Shown: positions 37,881-48,608 of the stretch, in pieces
Layout of the letters: each line of letters starts with the position of its first letter
How positions within the stretch are numbered: the first letter of the stretch is position 1
Source of the DNA: an uncultured Anaerolineales bacterium
Lineage (GTDB): Bacteria; Chloroflexota; Anaerolineae; B4-G1; SLSP01
Length of the DNA stretch: 64,000 bases
Reading direction: 5' to 3'
Assembly: GCA_964530185.1 (NCBI GenBank)
Contig: CAZHBB010000003.1
Location: 13,563-77,562 of the forward strand
Made by a program: the position numbers and the translations under genes
Notes under the pieces: generated by a model
What the model was told of the DNA's origin: nothing
Seen by the model: the letters and a program-made list of their open reading frames with translations, nothing else
Databases searched by the model: none

Positions 37881-39131
37881 ATGAACACATTAGGCCGATC
37901 CCGTACTATATGCTATGTTTTGGAAGGCGTGGGAGTTCTGACGCTGGCCATACTCGTAGTTGCCACCCTGGCCTTGCACCTGACACAACCACCGATCCCG
38001 TACGCACAACAGCACACTGCACTGGGAATCACTGTCCAGGCCCGGGTAGAGGAGATCCTTGACGAGCATCAAGAGGTCAACTCAGAAGGCCAAGTCACCG
38101 TTGCACAGCGGATGCGAGTGCGGATCCTGACAAAGGGACCACACTACGGCGAAGTCGTAACGGTAACTTACAATGGCACGGGATCGATCCTCAGCGCTGT
38201 GCGCTTTCGACCTGGGGCCCGTGCCCTGATCATGATCTCTGAGCTCCCCAATAACCCACAGGCGCCCTCAGATTCTGGCAGCCGAACTGTCTATCAGGTC
38301 GCCGATCATGTCCGACTTCTGCCGCTGGCGCTCATCGCAGCCAGTTTTGCCCTTCTCACGATCGTCATTGGACGATGGCAGGGAGTCCGCGCGCTCATTG
38401 GGCTGGCCTTCAGTGGCCTGCTGATAGGGGCCTTTATCCTGCCACAGATCCTCGCCCACCGCGATCCAGTCATGGTAACCCTGGTTGGCACAGCTCTGTT
38501 GCTGGCAGTCACCCTCTACTTGATTCAGGGGTGGAACCCTCCCAGCCACGCAGCGCTACTAGGTATGGTGGGTAGTCTGGCACTGACCGGATTCCTCGCC
38601 ATCGTCTGGACGGACATGACCCGCCTGACAGGCTTTGGGTCAGAGGAAACCATGTTCTTGCAGGCTACGGGTGTCACCATTCCCATGCGGGGTCTTCTAT
38701 TGGCCGGAATGATCTTAGGAACCGCTGGCGTCCTCGACGATGTCGTTCTGGCCCAGACAATCACGGTCTTTGAGCTCGCCAACGCGGATCCCACACAGCG
38801 GCCACGTGTGCTCTATACCCGCGGCATGCGAGTCGGTGTCGCCCATCTGGCCTCCATGATCAACACCCTGGTCCTGGCCTACGCCAGCACAGCCCTCCCT
38901 CTCCTGATTCTCTTCTATCTCTACCCAGAGCCATGGTATTTAACGATCAACCGTGAGTTGATCGCCGAGGAGATTCTTCGCGCAATTGTGGGCAGTGTGG
39001 GCTTGATGTTAGCCGTGCCGCTCACTACAGCAGTCGCAGCTTGGGTCGCATTTCACACCCAGGGGAGCAGGGGAACATCACAGCCCGTCCCCAACCCCAG
39101 CACTCAGTCTATCCGCCAAGAACCGCAATAG
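37881..39131 (+). CDS. YibE/F family membrane protein
   Basis: A periplasmic-like N-terminal domain after one TM helix, then a polytopic C-terminal half. This matches the YibE/F-like pattern. The start is at the in-frame ATG of MNTLGRSRT. Confidence 0.55.
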   Translation: MNTLGRSRTICYVLEGVGVLTLAILVVATLALHLTQPPIPYAQQHTALGITVQARVEEILDEHQEVNSEGQVTVAQRMRVRILTKGPHYGEVVTVTYNGTGSILSAVRFRPGARALIMISELPNNPQAPSDSGSRTVYQVADHVRLLPLALIAASFALLTIVIGRWQGVRALIGLAFSGLLIGAFILPQILAHRDPVMVTLVGTALLLAVTLYLIQGWNPPSHAALLGMVGSLALTGFLAIVWTDMTRLTGFGSEETMFLQATGVTIPMRGLLLAGMILGTAGVLDDVVLAQTITVFELANADPTQRPRVLYTRGMRVGVAHLASMINTLVLAYASTALPLLILFYLYPEPWYLTINRELIAEEILRAIVGSVGLMLAVPLTTAVAAWVAFHTQGSRGTSQPVPNPSTQSIRQEPQ

Positions 39132-40152
39132 CCTCTCGGACAGCGTCCAGCACATAAGCCACGTCCTCGTCGCGGATCCAATAGTGGGTCACCACGCGGA
39201 AGCTTCGGGGTCCGCGATTGGGCAACAGCACGCCCCGAACTCTGAGGGCCTCAGCCAGTTGAGCCCCATCGAACGGGCAGGCCTCGCTGAGTGACATATA
39301 GAAGATGTTGGTGTGCACTGGGCCCACTTGAAAGTAGGGGAAGCTGGCCAGACCTTCTGCCAACGCCCGCGCATGGGCATGGTCTTCAGCAAGGCGTTCG
39401 ATCATCGTCTCCAACGCCACAATCCCAGCCGCGGCGATAATCCCTGCTTGCCGCATGCCGCCACCTAAGACCTTCCGCGCCCGGTGGGCACGGGCGATAA
39501 ACTCAACCCTGCCACAGATGAGCGACCCCACGGGAGCACACAGCCCCTTGGACAGACAGAAAGTCACAGAGTCCACATCGCGCACCAGGGCCTTTACGTC
39601 GACCCCCAGAGCGACAGCCGCATTGAAGATGCGGGCCCCATCCACATGCACTTGTAGCCCCCGCGCGTGCGCCAGTTCGGCCACACTTGCCACGTACTCT
39701 GGCGTCAGAGGCGAGCCATTGCAGGCGTTGTGCGTGTTCTCCAGGCAGATCAGCCGTGAACGTGGGTAATGAGGATTGTCTTCACGAATGGCAGCTTCGA
39801 TGTCCTGCAGCCGCATCGTGCCATCTGGCTGATTGGGCACTGTGTGCGGGACGATGCCACCTAACGCGGCCATGCCCCCCTGCTCATAGAGGAACGTGTG
39901 GCTTCGATCCCCGACGATTGCCTCATCTCCCCGACCACAGTGCGCCAACAGCGAGGCCAGATTGCCCATGGTCCCGCTGGGAACGAACAACGCGGCCTCC
40001 ATTCCCAGACGCTCTGCCGCCATCTCCTGCAGTCGGTTGACAGTTGGGTCCTCGCCGTACACGTCATCCCCCACGGGGGCACGGGCCATCGCCTCACGCA
40101 TTTCCGGCGTAGGCCGGGTCACAGTGTCGCTCCGCAGGTCAACCACGTTCAT
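39109..40152 (-). CDS. ltaE: Low-specificity L-threonine aldolase
   Basis: The N-terminus [15 protein letters not shown] and the PLP-fold motifs of the threonine aldolase family are present. The start is preceded by GGAGGTG; the ORF-track start at 40278 is 42 codons upstream. Confidence 0.8.
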   Translation of the reverse strand: MNVVDLRSDTVTRPTPEMREAMARAPVGDDVYGEDPTVNRLQEMAAERLGMEAALFVPSGTMGNLASLLAHCGRGDEAIVGDRSHTFLYEQGGMAALGGIVPHTVPNQPDGTMRLQDIEAAIREDNPHYPRSRLICLENTHNACNGSPLTPEYVASVAELAHARGLQVHVDGARIFNAAVALGVDVKALVRDVDSVTFCLSKGLCAPVGSLICGRVEFIARAHRARKVLGGGMRQAGIIAAAGIVALETMIERLAEDHAHARALAEGLASFPYFQVGPVHTNIFYMSLSEACPFDGAQLAEALRVRGVLLPNRGPRSFRVVTHYWIRDEDVAYVLDAVREAIAVLGG

Positions 40153-40302
40153 CTTCACCCACCTCCACCCCCGATATTCAACAACACGGCTCGAATTATA
40201 GCCCACACCGCAGCAGAACAAGCCGCAAGTCGGCTTGGCAGCGTGGCGACGAAAACGGCCGTAAGCGTCCCATAGCATCGCCGCAGGACTGGTTACCGCG
40301 AT

Positions 40303-40348
40303 TTGACACTGTACCGCGGCATGGTATTATTGCGACTCGTCGCAATAA
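40303..40348 (+). promoter_or_regulatory. Putative cbiMQO promoter (TTGACA-16-TATTAT) overlapped by the inverted repeat TTATTGCGAC-TC-GTCGCAATAA (candidate operator)
   Basis: The 10-bp perfect arms of the inverted repeat cover the -10 and +1 region, about 25 nt upstream of the cbiM RBS. Confidence 0.45.
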
Positions 40349-40373
40349 CTTCGCCAGGAAAAGGAGGTGTCCC

Positions 40374-41348
40374 TTGCTTGCTTCACGAGTCGCGATGCAC
40401 ATCCCAGATGGGTTCCTGTCAGTGTGGCTCTGTTTGGCTCTATGGGTGAGTGCCGTCGTCATACTGGGCTACGCACTGAGACGGACCAACCGTGCTCTTG
40501 GCGAGCGCCATGTACCGCTCATGGGAGTTCTGTCGGCTGCCATCTTCGCTGGCCAGATGCTTAACTTCAGCGTGACCGGTGGCACGTCAGGCCATTTGAT
40601 AGGAGCCGCCCTGGCGACTGCTCTTCTTGGGCCATGGGCAAGCATCATTGTCATGAGCTGTGTCGTGGTGGTACAGGCTCTGGTCTTTCAAGACGGTGGA
40701 CTCCTGGCCCTGGGAGCCAACCTGGTCAACATGGCAGTCATCGGGGTGGCCGTTGCCCACTTTGCTTACACAACAAGCCAACGCCTGTTTCAGCGCAAAT
40801 CCTGGATGTTGACGGCCTCTGCGTTTGTCGCAGGGTGGCTCTCAGTCTTCGTGGCTTCCCTGGCTTGCGCCCTGGAACTGGCCCTCTCTGGCACGTCACC
40901 AGCCAACATCGCCGTGCCAGCCATGGCCAGCGTCCACGCACTGATCGGCATTGGCGAAGGCCTGATCACCGCTGGAGCTCTTCTCTTCGTGCAGGCTGTG
41001 CGCCCTGACTTGGTCCAGAGACGCGCAAGCATATCGTCCACTGGCAATAGGACACGGGCCGTTTGGGTTGGCGGACTGGCCATCGCTGTGATCCTGACGC
41101 TGATCGCACCGTGGGCCTCCAGCCATCCGGACGGACTGGAATGGGTGGCCGAGCAACATGGCTTTCTGGGTAACGCGCGTGGTCCCCTCTATCAGATCAT
41201 ACCCGACTATCTGGTGCCAGGGATTGCCGATGAACGCGTCGCCACCATTCTCGCGGGAATCATTGGGGTGATAATCGTGTCGGTCACTGCGTTCAGCGTA
41301 GGATCCTCCCGTCGAAGACGCAATACCACCGGAGACGCAACGGCGTGA
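40374..41348 (+). CDS. cbiM: ECF transporter substrate-capture component CbiM/NikM with a C-terminal PDGLE domain
   Basis: The hallmark MHIPDGFL N-terminus and CbiM TM core are present. The C-terminal roughly 100 aa contain a PDGLE motif (SSHPDGLEWVAEQ) plus a TM helix, resembling a fused CbiN/NikL-like element. TTG start 4 nt after AAGGAGGTG. Confidence 0.75.
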   Translation: MLASRVAMHIPDGFLSVWLCLALWVSAVVILGYALRRTNRALGERHVPLMGVLSAAIFAGQMLNFSVTGGTSGHLIGAALATALLGPWASIIVMSCVVVVQALVFQDGGLLALGANLVNMAVIGVAVAHFAYTTSQRLFQRKSWMLTASAFVAGWLSVFVASLACALELALSGTSPANIAVPAMASVHALIGIGEGLITAGALLFVQAVRPDLVQRRASISSTGNRTRAVWVGGLAIAVILTLIAPWASSHPDGLEWVAEQHGFLGNARGPLYQIIPDYLVPGIADERVATILAGIIGVIIVSVTAFSVGSSRRRRNTTGDATA

Positions 41349-42154
41349 CGCCGTTTGTTTTAGAACGCCACGTCAGGGGATCGAGCCTGATTCATAGGCT
41401 CGATCCCCGCGCGAAAGTGGGACTCGCGTTAGCCTTTATCCTCTCCGTGGCGTTTCTGCCTGCGGGTGCATGGCCTGCGTACCTCCTCCTCGGCGCGCTA
41501 TGGCTGGCCATTGTGCTGACGGCAGAGCTCCCAGCGCGGCTCATCGTTGCGCGGCTGGCGCTGACAACACCATTCCTCCTAAGTGCAGTTCCTCTTCTTG
41601 TAACCACACCAGGCACTGCACGTTGGACGCTCCCATGGGGATGGGTTATCACTGACGAAGGGGTGACACGGACGACCAGTATCCTGTTGCGCTCCATCCT
41701 CTCCGTTGGGATGGCAATTGTACTCACTGCTACCACACCAACTCTTCAGCTCTTTTCATCCCTTCAGGCGCTCGGTCTCCCTCGTAGCATGGTCGCCATC
41801 TTTAACCTGATGTGGCGCTACTTATTCGTGCTGGTGTCTGAAGCCCAGAGGCTTCTTCGGGCACGGGCAGCCCGCAGTGGTGTACTAAGGTCGACCAAGA
41901 CCAATAAAGGGCGAGTCAGCGGCGGGACACTGGCTTGGCGCGCCAGGGTCACTGGCCATCTGGCCGGCAGCCTCCTCATCCGAAGCTTGGAGCGTGCAGA
42001 GCGCACATACGATGCCATGTGTGCCCGCGGATACGATGGCACAGTGCGCACCCTCCCCCTTCCGCCACTCTCATGGAGGCAGAGGCTCCTCGCCGTGGGC
42101 ACGGCCCTGGGACTTATGCTGATCCCTTGGCTCGCCACGATCTTATGGAAATGA
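41345..42154 (+). CDS. cbiQ: ECF transporter transmembrane (T) component CbiQ
   Basis: Overlaps the cbiM stop. Matches the CbiQ family pattern (RLDPRAKVGLALAFIL...). Confidence 0.75.
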   Translation: MTPFVLERHVRGSSLIHRLDPRAKVGLALAFILSVAFLPAGAWPAYLLLGALWLAIVLTAELPARLIVARLALTTPFLLSAVPLLVTTPGTARWTLPWGWVITDEGVTRTTSILLRSILSVGMAIVLTATTPTLQLFSSLQALGLPRSMVAIFNLMWRYLFVLVSEAQRLLRARAARSGVLRSTKTNKGRVSGGTLAWRARVTGHLAGSLLIRSLERAERTYDAMCARGYDGTVRTLPLPPLSWRQRLLAVGTALGLMLIPWLATILWK

Positions 42155-42166
42155 TACAAGACCGAC

Positions 42167-42877
42167 ATGCATCATAACACGGTTAAAATTAAGCACCTCT
42201 CCTACCGCTACCCCGACGGACGATTGGCGCTGAACAAGGTCTCCCTTCGCATTGAAGCGGGCGAGAAAGTGGCGCTTATTGGGCCCAATGGCGCTGGGAA
42301 GTCCACGCTCCTTCTGCACCTCAATGGCCTTCTACTGCCTCAGACTGGCTCAGTGCACGTTTGCGACATCAAAGTGACTAAAGAGAACGTGGCCCACGTC
42401 CGTTCTGCGGTAGGATTGGTCTTCCAAGATCCTAACGACCAACTTTTCTCCCCTACTGTGTTTGAAGACATCGCCTATGGTCTCATTTACCGCGGTCTGC
42501 CGGAGCCTGAGATCAGAAAGCGTGTGCACTGGGCTCTCGAAGCAGTAGGAATGGGCTCTTATGCTGAGCGGGTAACTTACCACCTTAGTCTTGGAGAAAA
42601 GAAACGCATTGCCATCGCAACAGTGCTCCCGCTTGATCCCGATATCTTGGTCCTCGATGAACCAACCGCAGGCCTTGATCCTCGCGCGCGTCGCGAGCTT
42701 GTCGCGCTTTTGGAAAGCCTGCCCATAACCCAGCTCATCGCCACCCATGACCTGGCCCTGGCCTCCACTTTGTGCTCACGGACGGTGGTCATGGATGAGG
42801 GAGAGGTCGTCGCTGACGGCCCTTCAGAGGTAGTCCTGGCCGACAGCGACTTGCTGCTCGCCCATGGTCTGGCCTGA
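42167..42877 (+). CDS. cbiO: ECF transporter ATPase CbiO
   Basis: Walker A (GPNGAGKST), signature and Walker B motifs in a 236-aa protein. Confidence 0.85.
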   Translation: MHHNTVKIKHLSYRYPDGRLALNKVSLRIEAGEKVALIGPNGAGKSTLLLHLNGLLLPQTGSVHVCDIKVTKENVAHVRSAVGLVFQDPNDQLFSPTVFEDIAYGLIYRGLPEPEIRKRVHWALEAVGMGSYAERVTYHLSLGEKKRIAIATVLPLDPDILVLDEPTAGLDPRARRELVALLESLPITQLIATHDLALASTLCSRTVVMDEGEVVADGPSEVVLADSDLLLAHGLA

Positions 42878-43147
42878 CCTCGCATCCGGATGGCTCCCAT
42901 AGGCACGCAGCGGTTCATCGTTGGTCCTCTGTCAAGTCGGATGGATGATGTCACCTATCCCGAGGGCGAACGGTTACCGCACGGAACACCTTTGACACCT
43001 TGACTCATTGGATTCGCGATGCTATTAAGGACTCTTCGATGCGAGCACCCCGTCTATAGCTCATGAAGCGGTCCAGCAGGAGATACAGGAACTGCGTCTC
43101 CGAGGGGTAGGTTAGCTGTTTCTGGGGCCTGCAGTATACTTTGTCGC

Positions 43148-43608
43148 ATGGGAACGTGTCTATTCGACTTCCACGAGTGCGTCGTCATGATCACAGGTGC
43201 AAGCGGCTACCTGGGGCAAGAGGTCACCCACGCTTTTGCCCGGGCTGGTGCCCAACTCGCGCTCCTGGGGCACCGAGCCGAGAAAGTTCACTCCGTGCTG
43301 GCCGACCCGGTAGATTTACCTGGAACGTGGATCGCTCCCTCTACGGACCTGCTCGACCCTTCAGCGGTATCCCGCGCTGTTAGCCTGGCCCTTGAGCGAT
43401 TCGGGAGGCTTGATGTCCTTGTTAACACAGTAGGGGGGTATCGTGCAGGGACCCCCGTAGCCAACACGCCACCAGAGACGTAGGATGCCATGATGGCCAT
43501 GAACGCTCGCTCTGCTTTTCTGAGGTCGCTGCGGTGGTGCTGTTCCTGGCCTCAGACGCTGCCAATGTCATCAACGGGGCGGCGATCCCAACCTACGGTG
43601 GCACCTAG
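43148..43608 (+). pseudogene. Disrupted short-chain dehydrogenase/reductase (SDR) gene
   Basis: An N-terminal SDR Rossmann region (ITGASGYLGQ ... NTVGG) runs into an in-frame TAG exactly where the family has a conserved Trp (E-T-[stop]-DAMMAMNARSAFL). The C-terminal SDR tail (AVVLFLASDAANVINGAAIPTYGGT) is in another frame. The catalytic Ser/YxxxK middle region is missing. Confidence 0.5.
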
Positions 43609-43650
43609 AGACCCGCTGCGCGTGGTCTGAGTGCTGGTAAGCGCTCGAAT

Positions 43651-45219
43651 ATGGACGATTATATCCTGGCGCTCGACAATGGGACACAGAGTGTGCGAGC
43701 CCTGCTGTTCGACCCGCAGGGCAACCTGGTCGCACGCAGCCGTATCCCCATCACGCCCTATGTCTCCCCCAAACCCGGATGGGCTGAACAGGATCCTGAG
43801 TATTACTGGCACAGTCTGTGCCAGGCCTGTCACGCTCTGTGGCAACAGACCGACGTGCCGCGCGAAGCCATCGCTGGTGTGGCATTGACCACGCAGCGTG
43901 CCACCATGGTCAATGTGGATGCCACGGGACGCCCTCTACGCCCTGCTATCGTGTGGCTCGACCAGCGGCGCACAGAGGGCCTGAAACCAGTGGGCGGGAT
44001 ATGGGGGCTGCTTTTCCGACTGGCAGGGATGAGCGAGACAGTGGCCTACCTCCAGGCGGAGGCCGAGGCCAACTGGATCCGCACTCACCAGCCGGACATC
44101 TGGCGCAGGACACACAAGTACCTACTCTTATCCGGCTACCTGACGCACCGCCTCACCGGTCGCTTTGTGGACTCGGTAGGCTGTCAGGTAGGGTATCTGC
44201 CCTTTGACTACAAGAAACGCACTTGGGCGCCCGCCTGGGACTGGAAATGGCGCGCTGTCCCTATGGATCCCAGCCTTCTGCCTGAGCTCGTGCCGCCGGC
44301 AACCCCCCTGGGGTCCATCACAGGCCCTGCCTCCGAGGCCACAGGGATTCCCGAGGGCCTACCCCTTATCGCAGCCGCTGCAGACAAGGCATGTGAGGTC
44401 ATTGGCGCGGGCGGGCTCTATCCTCACATCGGCTGCTTGAGCTACGGCACAACCGCTACCATCAATACCACCCATCGGCGCTACATCGAGGTCATCCCGC
44501 TGATTCCCCCCTACCCCTCAGCGGTGCCGGATCACTACAGCCTTGAGATTCAGATCTATCGCGGCTTCTGGATGGTGAGCTGGTTCAAAGAGGAATTTGG
44601 ACACCTGGAACGTTGGTTGGCCAACGAGCGTGGCGTCGAGCCCGAGACCCTTTTCGACGAATTGGTCAACCAGGCACCTCCTGGCTCGATGGGCCTCATC
44701 CTGCAGCCATACTGGTCACCCGGCCTGAAGATACCCGGGCCGGAGGCCAAAGGCGCGGTGATCGGCTTTGGAGACGTCCATACGCGTGCGCACTTTTACC
44801 GCGCTATCCTGGAGGGGCTGGCCTATGCCCTGCGTGAAGCCAAAGAACGCATGGAGCGACGAAGCCATGTGTCGATCACAGAGCTGCGAGTATCGGGCGG
44901 AGGCTCGCAGAGCGACGCGGCCATGCAACTCACAGCCGACATCTTCGGCATGCCTACGGCCCGTCCGCACACCCACGAGACCTCAGGGCTAGGCGCGGCC
45001 ATCGACGCCGCAGTCGGGCTGGGCATCCACCCAGATTTCGCAACAGCCACCCAGGAGATGACTCGTATTGGGCGCGTTTTCGAACCCACGCCCCAGAACC
45101 GCGATCTTTACGAGGAACTGTACCAGCGCGTCTACCGCCGCATGTACCGACGTCTCAAGCCGCTCTACGAGGAGATCCGCAAAATCACAGGATACCCAAG
45201 CTATCCAGGCGAGCGCTAG
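43651..45219 (+). CDS. FGGY family carbohydrate kinase (xylulokinase/glycerol kinase-like)
   Basis: The N-terminal [17 protein letters not shown] motif and both FGGY_N and FGGY_C domains are present in a 522-aa protein. Confidence 0.8.
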   Translation: MDDYILALDNGTQSVRALLFDPQGNLVARSRIPITPYVSPKPGWAEQDPEYYWHSLCQACHALWQQTDVPREAIAGVALTTQRATMVNVDATGRPLRPAIVWLDQRRTEGLKPVGGIWGLLFRLAGMSETVAYLQAEAEANWIRTHQPDIWRRTHKYLLLSGYLTHRLTGRFVDSVGCQVGYLPFDYKKRTWAPAWDWKWRAVPMDPSLLPELVPPATPLGSITGPASEATGIPEGLPLIAAAADKACEVIGAGGLYPHIGCLSYGTTATINTTHRRYIEVIPLIPPYPSAVPDHYSLEIQIYRGFWMVSWFKEEFGHLERWLANERGVEPETLFDELVNQAPPGSMGLILQPYWSPGLKIPGPEAKGAVIGFGDVHTRAHFYRAILEGLAYALREAKERMERRSHVSITELRVSGGGSQSDAAMQLTADIFGMPTARPHTHETSGLGAAIDAAVGLGIHPDFATATQEMTRIGRVFEPTPQNRDLYEELYQRVYRRMYRRLKPLYEEIRKITGYPSYPGER

Positions 45220-45230
45220 CCCTCGGCAGG

Positions 45231-48200
45231 TCAAGGCAGAGCATAGGCGATCACAATGCCCTGGTGAGGGTCTGTGACGACTAATGCATCTCCAGCGACG
45301 ACGATCGCCTGTGGGAAGCTCAATCCCGCGCCAGCTCTCGCACTCAGTGACCAAAGGAACGCGCCCTGATCGTCGAAAGCCAGGACCCGGCTCATCAACG
45401 GATCGGTCACCAGCAGTTGGTCACCCGCCCAACTCAAAAAAGGTTTGAGATCCGGGTTGGTGACATCCCAGCCTGGAATGCGCCACTGTCGCACGGCGAT
45501 CCCCTCAGAGGTGAAGATCTGGACCCTCTGGTTCCAGGTGTCGGCCACGGCTATCATCCCATCTTCACGCACAGCGATGCCCACTGGTTCATCCAGCTTC
45601 CCCCCAGCCTGCCCCCATCCCCCGAACTCTCGCAGGAAACGGCCACTTTGGTCGAAGATCTGGATCCGTTTGTTCCCGGTGTCCGCCACCAGAAGTCCCC
45701 CCTCTGGAGTCAGAGCAACGCCCCGCGGGCCATAGAACAGGCCCTCCGTGCCGGGCACCCCAAGCTGCACAACCTGCACGGCTCCGCCCCAGACTGCCAG
45801 GACGTTGCCCTCTGAATCAAGATGTTGGATCCGATGGTTCCACGTGTCCGCAACAAAGAGGGTGCCGTCAGCAGCGACCGCAACGTCCCAGGGTTCACTG
45901 AACTGCCCAGGCTCGGTCCCGAATCCACCGAACCCGCCAAGAACGCCCGATGGGTCCAGATGCCAGATCCGATGATTGGCCGTATCGGCTACATAGAACG
46001 TTCCATCGGGCGCTACGTCCAGCCCCCGCAGGGCTGCCCCAGGCAGTGTAACCGACCAGAGGCGCGGCAGAGCACGATCGCTCAGTCCGTAGGGATCAGG
46101 CGGGGGTGTCTCCTCAACGCGCTCGGGCGGCGCGACGCTTTGCTGCGGCCAGTCGAAAGGCCAGGCCTGGGCTGCCACATCGCGCCGCACATAGAGACGA
46201 AACTCCTTTCGATAGGGCCAGGTGTGCAATGTGAAAGGATCCACCGGATTCTTGAGCTGCGCGTAGCGGTGATAATCACGACGCCACACGATATCCCACA
46301 GTGCCCGTCTCATGGCCGGATCGGTCAACGCACGATGGACTCGCTCCCATGTGAGTCCAAAGTAGTCCTGAATGGGCCACCACAGGTAAAGATAATCGTA
46401 GTGGACGTAATCCTGTCCCAGGATGTTCTCCACCACCGTATATTGTGCGCTCCCGGCAATCACCACCGGGCATTTCTGAAGCTGCTCAGGATCAGGGGTA
46501 GTGCCGTAGAAATAGTTGTTGGGAAACTCGACCATATACCAGGTGAATGGCCATGATCCATCTTCGCCATAAGCAACCCGTACCTCATTGGCCGTGCCCG
46601 TCATCTGCCACGAGACATCACGGACCTGCTGTAGGGCAACTTTGATATCGGGCGTTGCGTGAGCGTAGACCAGGAACTCCGTAGCCAGATCATCATTGAT
46701 GAAAGAGAGCATCACCATCGTGCGCACGGTGAGGACGCTCATCAAGAGAAGGATCAAGGTGCCAAGGACCCGCAGGCTCCGGCTTCCGCCTAGACGCCGC
46801 CCACTCCAGTACAAGGCTACCACCGCTCCCACCACCCCGAGGATCCCGCCCAGCATCCGACCTAGGGAACGAAGCGTGACCAGTGCCGGTCCCGCGGGGC
46901 TCATCCCTCCCTCCAGAGCAACACGCAGATCCTGCACACTGTCTCCGACGACGAAAAAGGCTACCAAACCTAGGACCAAGCCTCCGGCCAGGGTCCAGGG
47001 CGTTCCATCCATCCAGGGCACACCAGCAAGGCCTTTGAAGAACCTCCCCAGGAGCCAACCTGCCAGGAAGATACTGGGCAACGCGATATGAACCAGCAGC
47101 CAGGGCATCTTTTCGCCGGCCCAGGTGTACGCCCCCCACGACAGACAGGTCCAACCCGCCAGGAAGAGAGGAAACAACCCGCTGGCCAACTCTTGCGCGT
47201 TCTTATCCCGCCAGCGTTCGGCGATAGCCTGCTTCAAAGCGACGAAGACCCCCACCGACGCCAGGGCCAATGAGAGGTACTCGTACAGTCCCCCGATCAG
47301 CAGGTAATAGTAAGAGGGCTGGTTGCCACGCTTGACGCCTTGCTGAGCAAGCCAGTAGGCCAGGCCGCCTACCAGGCCCGAAAGGGCACCAAAGCCCCAT
47401 GTGAAGACCGTAGTGTACAGAGTGAGGAAGATGGCATAGTGGATGGCGGCAATTCTGAGCCATTGCACGCGGTCCCACCACAGACCCACGGCGATGGAGA
47501 GTACCAACGTCCCTAGGACAACCGCCGCACTGACCCACACAGCCTCACCTGGGATGACCCCAAAGTTTCCAGTGCGCACAGCGTCGTAGACCAGGGACAT
47601 ATCCACACCGGTGCCGAATTTGATCAGAATGGCCGATCCCAACGGCAGCGTCAGCGTACCCAGGACAACCAAGAGGCTGAAAAGGCGGTTCTGACGGAGC
47701 CGAGACTCACCCATCCCTCTCACCAGGGCGATGACCGCCCCCATTGCCAGGATGGCAGCGAGGCCCGCGCTGAGTCGTGCCCATTGCGGCACAAGGACAT
47801 CCGCCAACCGACCATCACCGCTCTCGCTCAGAGGAATCTCTTGCACGGCAGCCTGCTGTAACCCCAGCCCAAAGGCCATGAGCAGGATCATCGATGTCCC
47901 CAGCAGCAAGAGCATCACGGTGCGCAATTCGGAACGCTGCCAGGGCCCGTCCCATATCCAAATCAAGAGAGGGATTGCCAGCAGACCACCGAAGATAGCG
48001 ACATAGATGTACGAGGCCTCCTTAGTGGCATGCATGATGGAAAAGAACGCTGCCATCCACGCCAGCCAGTGTCTCTTGCCCGATGACAGGAAACTGAAGA
48101 TCGTCCAGAGTAGGCAGACAGCCGCCAGCATCAGAAGCACATCGTGGCGGGCATAGCGGGCGTAGTACGTCATTGACGGCGAAATCAACAGCAGCATCGA

Positions 48201-48539
48201 GGTCGTCAGCGCACCAGCCGGCGAGAGCCAGCGACGGAACAGGATCGGTGCCATAACCAGCAGGACCCCGGCCAGCGCCGGCACAACGCGCGAAGTGAAG
48301 TCATTTGGGCCCAACAGATGATATGTCAACGCCGTAAGCTCGAAGAGCAGAGGGCCGTGCATCATGGGATTGTGTTGAAAGCCCAGACCTGAGTAGAGAT
48401 TCCAGGAGAACTTAGTGTGAATACTCTCGTCGTGACTGATTGCCCGCTCGCCCAACGCATAGAAACGCGTGAAGAGGGCAAGCACCAACAGGACCAGGTA
48501 CAGAACACGCTCCCAACGGCTTAGTGGATGCTCCGTCAT
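45231..48539 (-). CDS. GT-C-fold membrane glycosyltransferase-like protein fused to a C-terminal NHL-repeat beta-propeller
   Basis: The N-terminal polytopic region has an HDESIH motif in loop 1, as in the TIGR03663 / PMT-like GT-C family. The C-terminal roughly 300 aa contain at least five NHL repeats (ADTANHRIWHLD, ADTWNHRIQHLD, ADTGNKRIQIFD, ADTWNQRVQIFT ...). The start at MTEHPL is preceded by GGGAGA. Confidence 0.6.
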   Translation of the reverse strand: MTEHPLSRWERVLYLVLLVLALFTRFYALGERAISHDESIHTKFSWNLYSGLGFQHNPMMHGPLLFELTALTYHLLGPNDFTSRVVPALAGVLLVMAPILFRRWLSPAGALTTSMLLLISPSMTYYARYARHDVLLMLAAVCLLWTIFSFLSSGKRHWLAWMAAFFSIMHATKEASYIYVAIFGGLLAIPLLIWIWDGPWQRSELRTVMLLLLGTSMILLMAFGLGLQQAAVQEIPLSESGDGRLADVLVPQWARLSAGLAAILAMGAVIALVRGMGESRLRQNRLFSLLVVLGTLTLPLGSAILIKFGTGVDMSLVYDAVRTGNFGVIPGEAVWVSAAVVLGTLVLSIAVGLWWDRVQWLRIAAIHYAIFLTLYTTVFTWGFGALSGLVGGLAYWLAQQGVKRGNQPSYYYLLIGGLYEYLSLALASVGVFVALKQAIAERWRDKNAQELASGLFPLFLAGWTCLSWGAYTWAGEKMPWLLVHIALPSIFLAGWLLGRFFKGLAGVPWMDGTPWTLAGGLVLGLVAFFVVGDSVQDLRVALEGGMSPAGPALVTLRSLGRMLGGILGVVGAVVALYWSGRRLGGSRSLRVLGTLILLLMSVLTVRTMVMLSFINDDLATEFLVYAHATPDIKVALQQVRDVSWQMTGTANEVRVAYGEDGSWPFTWYMVEFPNNYFYGTTPDPEQLQKCPVVIAGSAQYTVVENILGQDYVHYDYLYLWWPIQDYFGLTWERVHRALTDPAMRRALWDIVWRRDYHRYAQLKNPVDPFTLHTWPYRKEFRLYVRRDVAAQAWPFDWPQQSVAPPERVEETPPPDPYGLSDRALPRLWSVTLPGAALRGLDVAPDGTFYVADTANHRIWHLDPSGVLGGFGGFGTEPGQFSEPWDVAVAADGTLFVADTWNHRIQHLDSEGNVLAVWGGAVQVVQLGVPGTEGLFYGPRGVALTPEGGLLVADTGNKRIQIFDQSGRFLREFGGWGQAGGKLDEPVGIAVREDGMIAVADTWNQRVQIFTSEGIAVRQWRIPGWDVTNPDLKPFLSWAGDQLLVTDPLMSRVLAFDDQGAFLWSLSARAGAGLSFPQAIVVAGDALVVTDPHQGIVIAYALP

Positions 48540-48608
48540 GCATATCTCCCGAAATGATGTGGCCACCCAATGATAGCAGAGCCACCGAAAACCCCAACCA
48601 CGGCTGTG

